DNA from: Carcharhinus amblyrhynchos
Taxonomy: Eukaryota
Direction: 5' to 3'
Length of the DNA: 64,000 nucleotides
Assembly: GCA_965287045.1 (NCBI GenBank)
Contig: OZ336880.1
Span: forward strand, 46,624,001-46,688,000
The notes under the pieces are model-generated. The model worked only from the letters and a program-made list of their open reading frames with translations, was not told the origin of the DNA and ran no database searches. Shown piece after piece: positions 25,601 to 38,925 of this stretch; position 1 is the stretch's first letter; the number at the start of each line of letters is the position of its first letter. Position numbers and translations under genes: made by a program.

Positions 25601-28600
25601 TCCTTGGTCAATGAATGGTGGTAGATCTTTGTTAAGTAAATATACATGTGAAGTATGTTACCTGTATTGTCTGTGATACACAAAAACTTCTAATTAGAAT
25701 TAGTGGATGTGGCTAAAACAGCATCGGCACGCCACACCAATCCCTTGGCAGCAATTTCTGTTAGACAACAATAATTTAGGAAAAGCGAAGAGAACAAAAA
25801 ACAAACAAAATAAATTTAAATATCTTGATTAACACAGCTAGCTTGGTGCTGTCTCTACTATGCTACATTACCAACACTAGATTTTTCTGAAAGACTGAAG
25901 TCTAAAGGAGCACATGGCGGCATGCCTGCAACCCACAACCTCCCCTTCCCACTCCCACCATTTCCAGCAAATGTTGTTTCCTGATGTCTTTCAGCATTTT
26001 GAAGGAAAGAACAAATGTACTATCTCATTAGCTACATTTAGCTATTCAATTCTAAGCCTAATTAAGGCTAAAAACAATGCATTTACATGTAAAATGACTT
26101 TACTCCATTTAAATTAGTTTGATTAAAACATATTTCTGGACAGGACAGATTATAATCACAATAAAACACACTGTTTTTGCCCAATGGCACATTAATTCAG
26201 TCCATCAACCCCTGAACCATTTCTTCTGCATCACCCATTCTATCGATTGAATCTGCTATGTGGAATCTCTGGTGCAGACACAATAGAAATGCTGGTGCCT
26301 CAAAACTGAATGTAACTTGCTAGTGATATTGTATTTTCAATTAAAAAGGTTAAAAGAGAGACAGTACTAGGGAACTTGTAAGTCAGTTCAAACCCCAAAA
26401 ATGACAATTGGCTAGATCAACAAAAGCAGCTATATTGTGATAAAAACCCAACAGGTTCGTTAATGCCATCCTTATGATGCCACCCTTATCCAATCGGGCC
26501 TACATGTGATTCCAGTCAAAATATTTTCCTGGACTTACAATATCTCCTAAATTTAAGAACCAAATGCAAAAATGGCACCCACACATCAGGAACAAATGAA
26601 AAAAGCCTCGATTTAAAAAACATATCTTCAATACAAAATTTGAAAATCAGAAAATCTGTTGCAAATCAGATTAAATCAACAGAAATGAGCACCCATTTAA
26701 TTAATAGCAATAAATGTAAAACTTTCCAAACATATACTCTCTAAAGTTTTTAACTTGCAACAGTGCTGTTTGAAAGCAAATAACCATCAATGAAGACATG
26801 CATCACACTTGAGGTTTCATTTTGTACTTTACTGTGCTGCTGAATAGCTTATACAAATCAGCACTATTAAAATAGTTTTAAGCACATACAATGCTTTGCT
26901 CAATTGCTGTTCATCCATTCTGTACCACAATGCACAGTTAGTTGAACAACTTTTCCACATTTATAATGAAAAGGTTGCCTCACTGCTCAAGAATTAAAAG
27001 ATCACTATCCTAAATTTATTATGGGATGATATCGCTAACAAAATTATAAATTAAACAAAACCTATAAATTGAATTTCATACAGATATATATCACACTTTC
27101 CAAGCAAACAGAAATTATGATCTTTCAGGTGCACCATCACAAAATTTACACTGGAAAGAATAGCATGTTAAACAGTGAATAACAGTGTCACTCTCCTCCC
27201 CAATATAAAAAGAAATAAAAGAACTTAGTTTTGGGGAAACAAGTGATGAAATCATATGTCTCATGGGAGTTTGGAAACAATGTGGGAAAATTCTGGAAAC
27301 TGCCTACACACTTCCTTTCTGGGGAAGAAAAATTGTAATATTTCTGTGACTGTTCTGAAACCACATCTACACAGCCCATTTGATACATCAACATCATCAA
27401 TCATCAGCGACAGCTGGTCATATACCATAATGACTCGCAGTGAGCCTCAAACTGGAAAATCTAACATCTGGATGTGACGATTTACTGTTTGCAATATTTT
27501 TTCTCCAACACATTTTTTCCTTAAACTTTGAAAACATATAGTTGGAGAGTGCAGATTCTCAATTGATCTTATTTGTCCAAGATTCATCTGTTCAAACTGT
27601 GTAACAAGATTTAATTTCCCCAACCAGTGAATAATAATGTTCCTGAATAATTATAACATAGGTCGCCTTAGGGCAGAAGCAGAAACAGGTTTATCCAAGT
27701 AGAAAGCCAAAGTTTCCTAAAAAATTTACGAAAGGATGTTGTTGATAAACTATATTGAGTGTAAATATCTAGGCTGCAGATTTCAGAGACAAATATAAAA
27801 AGTCTTTAAAAGTGTTTTTCATTTCATTACAGCAGATGAATTAACAATTTATCCATACAGTTAACAACAAAGGTTTACATATTTTATGCTTCAACTGGAT
27901 ATTTAGGCATGTGTATTCAGGGTTAGGACTGGAGGCTACCTCAAACAACAGTGCATTGACACTGCAGTGTCTGCATACCCGTGCTGGTCACGCCATCATC
28001 AGACTTCTTTTCCAGGGGTTAACTGCTCCAGCAGCCAAATAAAATACAGAGACAAGCATGTAATTATGTAGACAGTCAAAGGGCATGCTCCATTTTGAAA
28101 CCTATTTGCATGGTAAAATTTGCCCAATTTAGTACACCGGAAACAAGCAAGGAAAGGGTCTCATGTCCAATAACCTACGATCCAGATGCTTTGCACACTT
28201 TCTTTTGTGAAAGAAATATATTCACATTCAACGACTTGATGCAGTCTTAGACAATGATATGAATAAGTTATCCTTTTAGTGGAGTTATATCGTAAACCCT
28301 GATTCCCAGAAAGCGAACGTAAAGGAATATTCCATTCAGAAAACTTAATGATTGAATGGTTAACGCACTCCTGTCAGATTCCACTGCATGTTATTTTCAA
28401 GTAAGCATTTGTGGGTTACTGTCAGCATAAAAACAGCAATGTAATACAAACCTGTTAACTACTCAGAACTGAAGTCTGACGAATAAAATTCCTAACCAGT
28501 ATGTCAAAAGCATTTTCTACATTTGTTATTCAATTATTTAAAACTTTACTAAATTTTCTTTGCTGCTATTAAAAAAATTACATCTATTTTATCATAGGAT

Positions 28601-30194
28601 TACATATATACTCAAGGACAATTACATTATACTATTTCAATCCCAAATTAGGAACTCAGCATTAATTTGCAACCAAATCACAACTTGGTTATGGAAGCCA
28701 ATGTCGTAGCTGTACTGGAATAACTTAGACAAGGGCACAGCTAGTTGCGGAGCACAAGTCAGACCTACTAAGATTTTCAAGCATTTTCTGTTTTTGTTTC
28801 CAATTCCAACATCCGCAGTACTTTGCTTTTATCTTCAGTACTAGTGCCGGAATGTTGTCACCACAGAGGGATAACCTTGACCCCACTCTAAATGTGGAAG
28901 TGAACTTCTTTACCAATGCCAACCTTAAACTTCCCCCTGCCACCCGGACAGTGACACCCTCTCACTGCCACGATATCACTGGCAGGGTGGCATTGGCATG
29001 GTGGAGCCAGGGAACTGTTCAGCTATATACCTGACCACTCAGGAGCTTCAAAGGCCTCCAAACACTCTGGCATGGTCATAAAGTCTTTCCAGAGAAAAAG
29101 AAACAGTGATCACTAGAAGGTCCTCTTTGAGGACTGCTTGGAGGATAATTCCTGAGTTGTACCAGCTTTTTCCATGACTAAAAACAACCTCCAGTACAGG
29201 CATATTGTTTGGGCATAAGAGGGTGAAAAAGATCCATTATATTAAAAAAAGTCAGATTGCATACCTGGTCTTTCTAGGAATGTCTTCAGATCAAAGAGAA
29301 AGCCTGTTTAAAAACCCATGGCTAGAAACCGCAACAGTTCAACAGAGGAATCACTTCAGGCTTAATGGTGCATGAACCGATTGCATCAACAGTGAACTGT
29401 TTGATCTGTCCTGGAGCTGTCAGTCAGAAAAGCTTTTAGCAGCTTAGGGAACATCAGTTTCTTGTGTAAACAAACCTCTTTTTGATCTGGTCTGGAGCTG
29501 TCAATCAGTCCAAGACCTTTCAGAATAGCTGGAGCTCATTCAAGAAAAGGGGATCTGCCTAGTGAAATTCAAATCTCCTATCAATCCAAGTGCATCAAAG
29601 AGCTATCAGAGCACCTGGGGTTTATGAGAGAAAGCAAGGGGGATCTGTCTAGCAAAACTGACATTTCCTGTCAATTAAAGTACTTCAAAGAAAGTACTTC
29701 TGAGAACACCTGGTGTTTCGGAAATCATCCAAGAATGGAGGGCTGCTGTGATTTTGAAGGATTCCAGATGTTCAGGAGTATGGACTTTAAAGTGACTAGG
29801 GCACTTCAAAGTTTTACAGCATAGACAACAATAAAGTTTAACCAGAAAGTTGCCTAAAATCATAATCTTGAGTGTGATTTCCATGTTTCCCAGTGAAGGA
29901 AGGAAATGAACTCTCTGTCCCAGGGGAGAGCCCCAAGATCAATCCCTTTCCCTCACACTGTGCCCTCCCCCCAAATCCCAGATCCTTTGGGGGCCCCTCC
30001 TTCTGCAGTAGCAGAGCAGCCAATGAGCATAGTTGGAGGCAGCATTTACCTCCTTGTCCCCCCACGGCACCTGGTATTTGCTTTCAGGACCAGGAGAGTG
30101 TAGCACCCACTGGACCTCCAGCTTGTGGGGGGTGTGTGGCGAAGCATATCGAGAAGCCAGAGCATACTGCCTCACATTGGGCATTTAAAGCAGT

Positions 30195-30375
30195 AGTGGT
30201 CTGGGTGCTCTGGTTTCCACCCACAGTGCGAAAGATGTGCTGGTTAGATGCATTGGCCATGCTAAGTTCTCCCTTAGTGTACCCAATCAGATGCTGGAGT
30301 GTGGCAACTGGGGAATTTTCACAGTAACTTCAATACAGTGTTACTGTAAGCCAACTTGTGACACTAATAATTAAA
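30195..30375 (+). mobile_element. V-SINE with alternative tail (5'-truncated)
   Basis: V-domain GGGTGCTCTGGTTTCCACCCACAG plus the same tail as 20082-20349. Confidence 0.8.
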
Positions 30376-30589
30376 TGTTAAACATTAATCAGAATCTAGA
30401 AAGCTCTGAGCAGGAACCTGATCAGGGCAGGTACATCGGGTTGGAGGTTCAGCGAGAATACAGATTTGGCTCTCGTGCCCAATTCAACGGGACATCGGGA
30501 TTCCCGGCTGGGGCTAGTAGCCTCAGAGAATCACCCCCAGGTCTAGCAGCTATGTTCTTTAGGACTTGGCCTTGTCAGTTCGTAGTGGT

Positions 30590-31200
30590 GCTACCAAGCC
30601 TCTCTTGGGGATAGACATTGAAATTCCCCACCCAGAGTACATCTTGTGCTATTGCAACTCTCAGTGCTTCTTCCAATAGATGTCCAACATGGAGAAGCAC
30701 TGATTCATTCAGCTTTATTTTTGATGGGGGAAGTCGGGGGGGAAGTGGTAATACCTAGGGATGGTGACATGTTCTTCAACATTGTCTGTAAGGAATGATT
30801 CAGTGAGAATGACTATGTCATGCTGTTGCTTGACTGGTTGGTAAGCTAGCTCTCCCAATTTTGGTACAAGTGCTCAGATGTTAGTATGGAGGATTTTGCA
30901 GGGTCAGCAGGGCTTTACCATTGTCATTTCCGGTGCCTAGGTCAATGTTGGGTGGTCTGAGTTTCATTCCTTACTGACATTTTTGTCGTGGTTTGATACA
31001 ACTGAGTGGCTTGCTAGGCCATTTCTGAAGACAATTAAAAGTAAACCACATTGCTGTTCGTCTGCAGTCACACGTGGGTTGGCCAAATCGGGTAAGGATG
31101 GCAGTTTTCCTTCCCTGAAGTATGTTAGTGAGCCAGATTTCTTTGTACGACAATGGCTTCATGGTCACCATTACTGAGACTAACTTTTAATTCCATATTT
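30590..31200 (-). mobile_element. Degenerate LINE endonuclease fragment plus SINE-like relic
   Basis: CR1/L2-like APE-coding remnants on minus, followed by a SINE-like body. Confidence 0.45.
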
Positions 31201-31429
31201 ATTGTCCACTGGAGGTCAGGGGTCTCCTAGGAGATCAGGGTGCCTGCGCAATGGCACCCCAGACAGTCTGCAGCCGCCGAGCTTAGGCTACCCCACCATC
31301 GCCCTCCCACTTATCTCCCCCCACCATCCCCCCCAACTTCTGTCAAAAAAGTGACAGTGTCACAAGATTGTATTTTCAAACTTTGTCCAAAAAAACAGGC
31401 CTGAAACTTTTGTTTTCTTGCTCATTCAG

Positions 31430-31660
31430 CACTTCATAAAATCACACCCTAATTCTTCTGTCTTTCAATGTCTCTGGTCTCTGGCAGATCTTCTTTCTGA
31501 CTTTGTTCCATTCACCCCTTGCTCAAAATCTATTGCACCTCTAACTTTTCCCAGTTCTGATGAAAGGTCATCAACCTGAAACATCAACTCTGTTTCTTTT
31601 TCCACAGTTGCTGCCTGGCCTGGTGAGTATTTCCATCATCTTCATTGTTTATTTCAGTTC
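31430..31660 (+). mobile_element. Penelope-like terminal repeat relic containing a minimal hammerhead ribozyme motif
   Basis: AGTT-CTGATGA-A-AGGT catca ACCT-GAAA-CATC-AACT at 31553-31589, followed by CTGTTTC..CCACAG(A/T)TGCTGCC..CCTG.. shared with other copies in the window. Confidence 0.6.
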
Positions 31661-33079
31661 TTTTTAGAAAGGTTTGGTTTTCATTTTGGAAAGGACATGT
31701 TGATTAAAGAGCATGAACTGGATTTTATGTAGGCAACAGGGGTCTTGCCATCAGGGATGAAAGCTGGTGGTGACTCCACATTTGTGAACAGTAGGTGAGG
31801 GGCCATATTTTTCCAGCAGCAACCACTGGCCATTAGGGATGGTACAGGTGGTCACTGTTGGGGCTGTGTCTGGAGCATGAGAGCACATCAATATCTTCAC
31901 AGAAACACTATAGTGCATAAGGAGGCTATTTGACCTAACCGCTGTGCTACAGCTATATCCTTAATGTCAAGCAAATGTGGTCGGTTATGCTGACTCCAAC
32001 AAGAGACTGTGGATTGCTAACTGACACTGGGGCTCTTCCATGAGCCAAGAAGGAGGGTATTCTAAGGCTTTGAAGCCTGCGAGGAGGCTGCCATGATTCA
32101 CCGGATGGTCTCCTCATGCGACAAGAGTGTTCCCCAAGCAGATGGTAAAATGTCAGGGGAAGTAGGAAGAGGCACTCAATTGGACATTTAGGGGCTCAAC
32201 TGGGCCTCACGGGGTTGGGGGGGGAAGGAGGTTATGGGGTGGCATCTTCTACCTTTCCTGCTACTCGCAAAATGCATGATGGCGAGAAGATCTACTACCT
32301 TCCTGCACCATTTTGCCAGCCTACCCACCTCTCAACCCATACCAAAGGGCAGTAAATTTTAGCCCCAAAATTCATTAGTCTTTCAGGCAGCTAGCAAAAT
32401 ACTTTAACTCCATAACTCAAATACAACACAAATATTGGTCAGACATTAATTCATAGCACTTTTGTACAGTAAATACATTCACTAGATATGAAACATGTCC
32501 TTTACACGCTGGAAAAAGCATAGCAGTTGCCACTGAAAAAAAACTGGATCACAAACTCAACATACTGTAATTTTCAATGCTTAAAGAAGCACTCAAGGAA
32601 GTCTTTTAAATCGAAATTTCTAAGGAAAATGCAACTTTTCCAGGAGTAAAAAAAGAAAATTGATTGTTCTAGACTCATGCCCCACTTGGCAGGGTTTCAT
32701 CACGGGCCTTCAGGTGAAGAAGGAATAGGATATGCCACTAGAGGTGAAGGTGAAGGAGATTTTGGGACCCAGGTTTACTGCTCCATCCTGAGTCCAGCTC
32801 TTCTTTCACATTACTTACATGATTCCTTCTACTTCAGAACTAATCTTCTCCAAGCCTAATTTTTGATCTTAATGATCGGCAAGACATCAAGGTCAATCAT
32901 AGCATGCCAGTTGAGACTAACTGATTCAGAATAGACTGCCAACTGAATTTGGGATTTTCTGATGGATAGAACTCAATGCTTTCTCTGTTCAAATATGCCT
33001 ACCCAAAGGTAGCTCACTGACACCATCACTGAAAGCTGAGCTGCCACTATCTGTCTGACAGAAGTTACTGAAATTTCCT

Positions 33080-33555
33080 ACAGAAAGCAATCAATAAGGC
33101 TGCCAAAGAAAGCATAGATAGGATTTATTAGAATTGAATGAGGGACTTCAGTTATCTGGAGAGCGGAGAAGCTGGGATTGTTGTCCATAATGCTGAGAAT
33201 ATTAAAAGGTGTTTTAGCAGAGGTGTTTAAAATTGAGGGGTTTTGATAAAGTAAATGAAGAAAAATTGTTGCCACTGGCAGGAAGGCCTGCAACCACAGG
33301 ATCCAAATTTAAAATCATTTGCACAAGACCCAGAGATTGGGAGGAGTTTTTTTTAAACACAGGGAGGTATTCTAATCTGGAATGCATTGAAAGAGCAGTA
33401 GAAGCAGATTCAATAGTAACTTTGAAAAGGAAAACCGATACATACTTGAAAAAGGAACAATTTGGGGCTTTGAGGAAACAGTCAGACTAATTGGATTGCT
33501 CTTTCCTAGCACAGGCAAGATAGGCAAAATGGCCTCCTGTGTGTTGTGATTGTAT
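33080..33555 (+). mobile_element. Degenerate CR1 3' fragment
   Basis: RGFDKVNEEKLLPLAG.. and a 3' UTR-like AATGGCCTCCT. Confidence 0.75.
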
Positions 33556-34604
33556 AAACAAGAGCGAAGCCAATTGGTGAGTCTTCAATAAACATCTAGT
33601 TTGGACTCCGTCAAATGCAGTGAATGCTTGCTCACATGGACATATGTAGAAATTAAAGCACACTTAACAGGTGATTCGGCCCAACCTGGCCATGCAGTTA
33701 TTTATCCAGTAGTCCTTTCAGTTAATTCCACTTCACAGGGCACAGGAATATAGTTAAGATTGTAAACAACCAAGGAAGTCCCAAACTACAGGAAGGATGA
33801 CTGCCTAGGGGCACGCCACAGCAATAATAACAACATTCAAACACACACAGTTGGATCATGGCAATCATTTCCCTCCTTGCAGCCTTAACAGGAAGATGGT
33901 TCAACGCCATTTCATTTTAATGCAAAGGATATTTAATAAATGTACAAGAGAGAGATTTTATTCCATAGAAGACAAAAAAGAGAGAGTAATAAAGGGAAAG
34001 TATCCTTGTCACTGAGAATGAACAGTTCGACAGATTTACAGAGTATGACCACACTCTGTAAATCAAGTTATTCTTCATTAAACCTCAGCAAAAATAATCC
34101 AACTCTACTGCAAAATGTTTTCAATGTTACGTAACATTTTTTGTTAGAATCAATTACACTCACAAGCTGCAGACTTCGTTCGTTAATATGCACTTTTTCA
34201 AATCCTTCTTCATTTCCTCAATTATTCAATTATGCATCAAGTTAAATAGACTAAAGCAAATTTAATATTCAGACAAATTTAGTTTACAATTAAAATGCAG
34301 GTATAATGGTTTACAATGTGTAACATTCTTTCATGTTACATATTTTTGTTTTTTTTTTAAAACATCTGTCTCTTGTGATTTCTTTCCAACACAGCTAAAA
34401 TTAGATCAGACGTTGTAAGTAAAAAAAAATTAGGAAATAAAGAAGAAAAAAAAAACAAATATTCTTCTATCTCTATTAAAAAACAGTCAGTTGCAGATAC
34501 TCATTTATGAGTGATATTTTTGCTCCTTATCCATTATTTTGGGCCTTAACACTCCTGCTAAACCATTCTACAGAGATAAACACCAGAAGCCTCCAACCTC
34601 GCCT

Positions 34605-34713
34605 GCGGCTTGGATTCTCCAGTCCTGCTCCAGTGAATGGAGTTTTGGCTAAGCGCCAAATTCTCCGTTCTCACAAGCAGCAATGGCAAGGTGAATGAGA
34701 TCAGAGAATCCGC
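34605..34713. mobile_element. Short MITE fragment
   Basis: Homologous to 12132-12266 (GGATTCTCCAG..CAGTGAA..TTTGGCT.AG.GCCAAATT). Confidence 0.6.
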
Positions 34714-35292
34714 AAAAGATTACAAGTGCAACTGAAAGTGTTAATAATAATCACAAGTTTAAAAATCACGAGTTTAAAAATCACGCAAGCTGCTACGAAA
34801 AATAAAGGTCTTCTTACAAGAATCTTCACAGATAGGCATTAAGGCCACTAGTCTGGGCAAAATTCATTAAATCAGATATCTGTAACTAGAAAAAGGGAGT
34901 AATCTACTGACACAGGAACATGTTGGACCATGATGAAAACAATCATACTGATTTGATATTATAATGAAGCAAGCAGAAAGTGATAATGATTGGTATATGC
35001 TAATTACTTGTAATCGAGTTTGAAAACCACAATTGCTTATGTATCTTGGAAATAGACACTCTGGCTAGCTACAGAATGCAAGCTGTAGCTTTCCAGCGTC
35101 CTTGCTACAGCTTGCAATTAAAACAGCTGTTTAAGAGAACTCCGTGACTTGCTCTGGTTACTTGATGGGTCAAGTTGTGAATTAAAAGGCTGACATCAAA
35201 GCCTGCAACAGCATTTGTTCCGAACTTGGTTCCACTCCTTTGGATCAACATAGCAGGCAATGCAGAGCTGCATAAACCAAGAAAAATCACTA

Positions 35293-35635
35293 AGATAAAA
35301 GCAAATTATTGTGGATGCTGAAATCTGAAACCAAAACAGAAAGTGCTGAAAAATCTTAACAGGTCTGACAACATCTGTGGAGAGAGAACAGGGCTAATGG
35401 GTGGGATTTTACGGTCTCGCTCGAGTGAGACCAGGAATTCACACCCGAGATGAACCAACATTTCCGTTTCCCATCCCTCCCCACTCCCATTCCATGGCAG
35501 ATGAGGCAATAGACTTCTGGTGAATGTTTCAAATCTGATGGTTAAGAGTCATCCTCACTTGAAACATTAGGACTGTTCTCTCTTCACAGATGCTGTCAGA
35601 ACTGATGAGATTTTAGAGCATTTTCTGTTTTTGTG
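35293..35635. mobile_element. Inverted (foldback) pair of Penelope-type terminal repeats interrupted by a MITE (about 35399-35522)
   Basis: Left arm AAAACAGAAAGTGCTG..ACATCTGTGGAGAGAGAACAG is the reverse complement of right arm CTGTTCTCTCTTCACAGATGCTGTCAGA..GCATTTTCTGTTTT. The MITE begins GGGTGGGATTTTAC and is flanked by AAT. Confidence 0.7.
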
Positions 35636-36819
35636 CAACAAAAATCACTACCAGCTGAACAGTGCACTAGCCAATAATAGCTCTGAACTGCTCTAAATGA
35701 CATAATATTATGTACATGTTAACACCCAGGTTTTAGATGACATTGTAAACAACATAAGTCAAAACATAGCCCTCATTAAAATACATTGCAATTATTAAAA
35801 TCTGTTCTATTGAAGATGATAGTGTTGATTCATTCAAATGCAAATTAAATACATTTCTTTTAGAAAATAATATTTTGGCAGAGAGTATTTGAGTAATTTG
35901 AAACACGACATGTGGTTAAGTGTCGGATCTTTTGGAGTAACAGGTGGTTCCTACAGCTCCCCATCTGTGGGAGCATTCCTCACCTCATGTCTTGGTTTCT
36001 TATAGATTAATGAATAGAAATTGACTTCTCAGATTGATTATTATCCGTATCACGCAATTCCCAAAATGGAAGGCGGCAAACTAGAAGGAGAGGACCTGGG
36101 TTTTATTTCATCTAAGAATTTCTATGTTTCAATGAAATCTACTTTCCACTCCCGGAATCCTTTAAATATTGCTGTTTAATAGTTTAAATCAATATTATTA
36201 CATTTATTATGCTGACCGACTGAATGGCTTTTGACTGGGAACTGAATTATATCTGAATACCTACAATTAATTCCTCTTTGTAACCCTACTTTATCTGAAG
36301 ACTGCAGTTGATTCTGATTCTCCATATGAAACACCAAAGGAGATCAACTAATGATATTAATTTAATATATTTAACTATGACGCTGATCTAATCTTTAGTT
36401 GTGGATTACAAAATCACAAAATCATTCGTCCATAATAAGAAACAATTTTTGTCTATCAGAGCTTTTTGACTGATCAGTTTAAGGGATGAATTTGTTGGTT
36501 GAAGAACTTCCCCTTTATTCCAGATGATTTTAATCAAGTGTTTAATTCTGTACACTGGGTACCTTAACATTACAGTACAATGTTACAATGAGGAGCAAAT
36601 CCCTTGGTATTTATTTGGTGGTCTGTGCCTGGGCTTGGTTAATGGTATGTTTTCAGACTTGGATAATGCGTAGCAGTCCAAATGAAATCTTTTTCCACTG
36701 GGATTAATTGTATGACAAATTTGTAAAAATGATGTTTCAGGAGCATGTTTGTAGACTGAGGAAAAAAAAAGTGGAAGGTAAGCACTGTGGGGTACACCAG
36801 GAAAGGTGCCAACATGTTC

Positions 36820-37235
36820 CCTCCCCTCACCTGACTATACCCCAAAGAGAGAACAAATATTCGTACCTTCCCCTACCCTATCCTGGGGACAGAGGACCAG
36901 CACCTTGCCTGACCCTACCCCGGGGAGAAAGGGTCAGCACTTTTCCTGACCGTACCCTGGGGAGAGAGGATCAAGACTTTGCCCTACCCCAAGCCAGGGA
37001 GAGGGGGTCAACATCTCAGCTCCCATTCCCCTGGCAACATGTTCCTTTACTGTTCTCCAGGATGAGAGATTCAGCATCTCACCTGACAATGCCCCATGTA
37101 GACAAGTGGGAATGGACAGAGATATAATCTGGGGAATGGGATGGCATGGGGAAAAGATTTGGGAAGGGGATGACATGAATGGGATGAAATTGCATGAGAG
37201 AGTTGACATGGGAAGAATAGAATGGCATGGGATCA
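36820..37235. repeat. Degenerate minisatellite (about 37-bp unit) followed by a degenerate (GGATG/GCATG)n tract
   Basis: About 4-5 imperfect copies of CCCTACCCTGGGGAGAGAGGGTCAGCACCTTGCCTGA, then a 5-bp periodic G-rich tract at 37105-37235. Confidence 0.65.
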
Positions 37236-37570
37236 GGATTTTAAGTACCATTGCAATAAAGATACTAACTCCTCTGCAAATATATTGTATGTCTTTGCTA
37301 GTTCTGTGAGTATAGTGGTGGTTTAATTGTACCACCCAAAAACAAGACAAGTTAATTTTAAACCAGATGTTTGTAATCATATTCTGATAAATTCAAACTT
37401 CAGGATACTTCAAATGGAGGAATTTATACAAGGGCATAAAGAGCGAAGACTGTACTGAAAATCAGAGAGTGTTGATTGCCTTGGGTTACTTCAAGGCAGT
37501 AACAAAATATTTCAAGCACATTTGATTGATTTTCATGATTGTTTCTTTGCATGTGTTTTTATAGAGTCAT

Positions 37571-38245
37571 GGGGTTGGATTTTACACTGGGGTGCAGTGG
37601 TCACCCACAAATGTGTAAGATCTGGGTGCTTGCCTGCTTCCAGTTGGCCGGCTCACCGCACTGCTATCTAATAGCTGACTGGACATTAAGTGGCTTGAGG
37701 CGGCACAAATGGCTTCAGCAGCTCAAAATGGGACTTCCTCCTTCAGCAACAGGAAGCCCACTTCAGAAGGAGGCTGGAATTCAAGCCAGCAGTTCTAGCA
37801 CCATACTGGCAGTGCCATTGGGAGCAATGGCCATTGCATGTACTGCAGTGAGGCCTGCATGAAGACCCCAGCAAAGGGACCCTAGATAGACATCTAGGGG
37901 GCGGGGCGGGGGGGGGGGGAGGTTGGTAACAGAAAATTGCCCCATTAGACACATGAGAAGCACCCCCTTTCCCACCTTCAGTCAGCAGACTGAAAGATGC
38001 GGGCTAGTACTTCGCATGGACGGTTTCCATGAATGGTTACATCCCAGCAATAGTGGGATGAGGCCCTTAAATGACCAGTAATTGGTCAGATAAATGCTGG
38101 AATTGGCCCTTTCCCACTGCTCTCCACCACTGGTAAATTGGTGCAGGGTCTGGCAGTTGGCAGCAGCCAAAGTGCCCATGGCATTTTACACCCCCCCCCA
38201 ACAACTAATCCCAGCTGCCAACCATCGCTAGGACTCCATGAATCC
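37571..38245. mobile_element. Larger non-autonomous DNA transposon (Harbinger-MITE-like)
   Basis: Starts GGGGTTGGATTTTAC. Internal GGCCCTTAA..AATTGG motifs are shared with about 13510-13960, 31716-32365, 51692-52330 and 56640-57324. Confidence 0.5.
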
Positions 38246-38254
38246 AATCCATAG

Positions 38255-38925
38255 AGGAATTATCACAGCACAGAAGGAGACCATTCAGCCTAGAGTCTAT
38301 GCCTGCTCACCATAGAACATTTCATATAGTCTTGTTCCCCACTTTCTCTCCACATGCCTGCAACTTTCCTTCAAATGCTAATTTTCCTTTCAAACTACTG
38401 ATCATCTGTTTCCAGAATCTTGTAAGCAGTAAGTTGCATGTCATTATTACACATGTTGTGTTTTTAAAAAAGTTCTTCCTTTCATGCCACCTGCATCTTT
38501 AGCCCAAAACTTTGTAGTATGAATGAATTAATTTATTTATTAGTGTCACAAGTAGGCTTACATCTGTCATAATCTGCACGCCTCAATCGAATAAATTTCC
38601 CTTCAATCTTCTTTACTGCATGCAAAGCTTCTTGAGCCTAACCATGTCTTAAAATCCCTCATCCCTGGAACCTTGCTGGTAAATCTCTTCTGCAATTGTC
38701 TCAGGGATCTTCACATTCTCCATAAAGTGGAGTGGCCAGAGTCACACACAGATATGGCCTAATAAAGGCTTTATAAAGATTCAAAGTCCAAGATCACACT
38801 CGCTTTGCTAACCAATTTCAAAGATCTATGAACGTGTAGCCCCAGGACCCACTGTCTCCACACACAGAACATCTCCTCTCACCTCACACTTCTCCACATT
38901 AAATTCCATTTTGCACTTGTTGAAT
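38255..38925 (-). mobile_element. Degenerate CR1 3' fragment
   Basis: CR1-type tail (CACAGCACAGAAGGAGACCATTCAGCC on plus) and ORF2 remnants. Confidence 0.65.

Noticed and set aside
25914-26117. ORF starting MAA.. as METAP1D exon 1
   Set aside because: Wrong strand (plus) and no similarity.
36820-37020. Repeat units of about 37 bp resembling a CRISPR array
   Set aside because: No unique spacers, degenerate tandem units, and a vertebrate intronic context.
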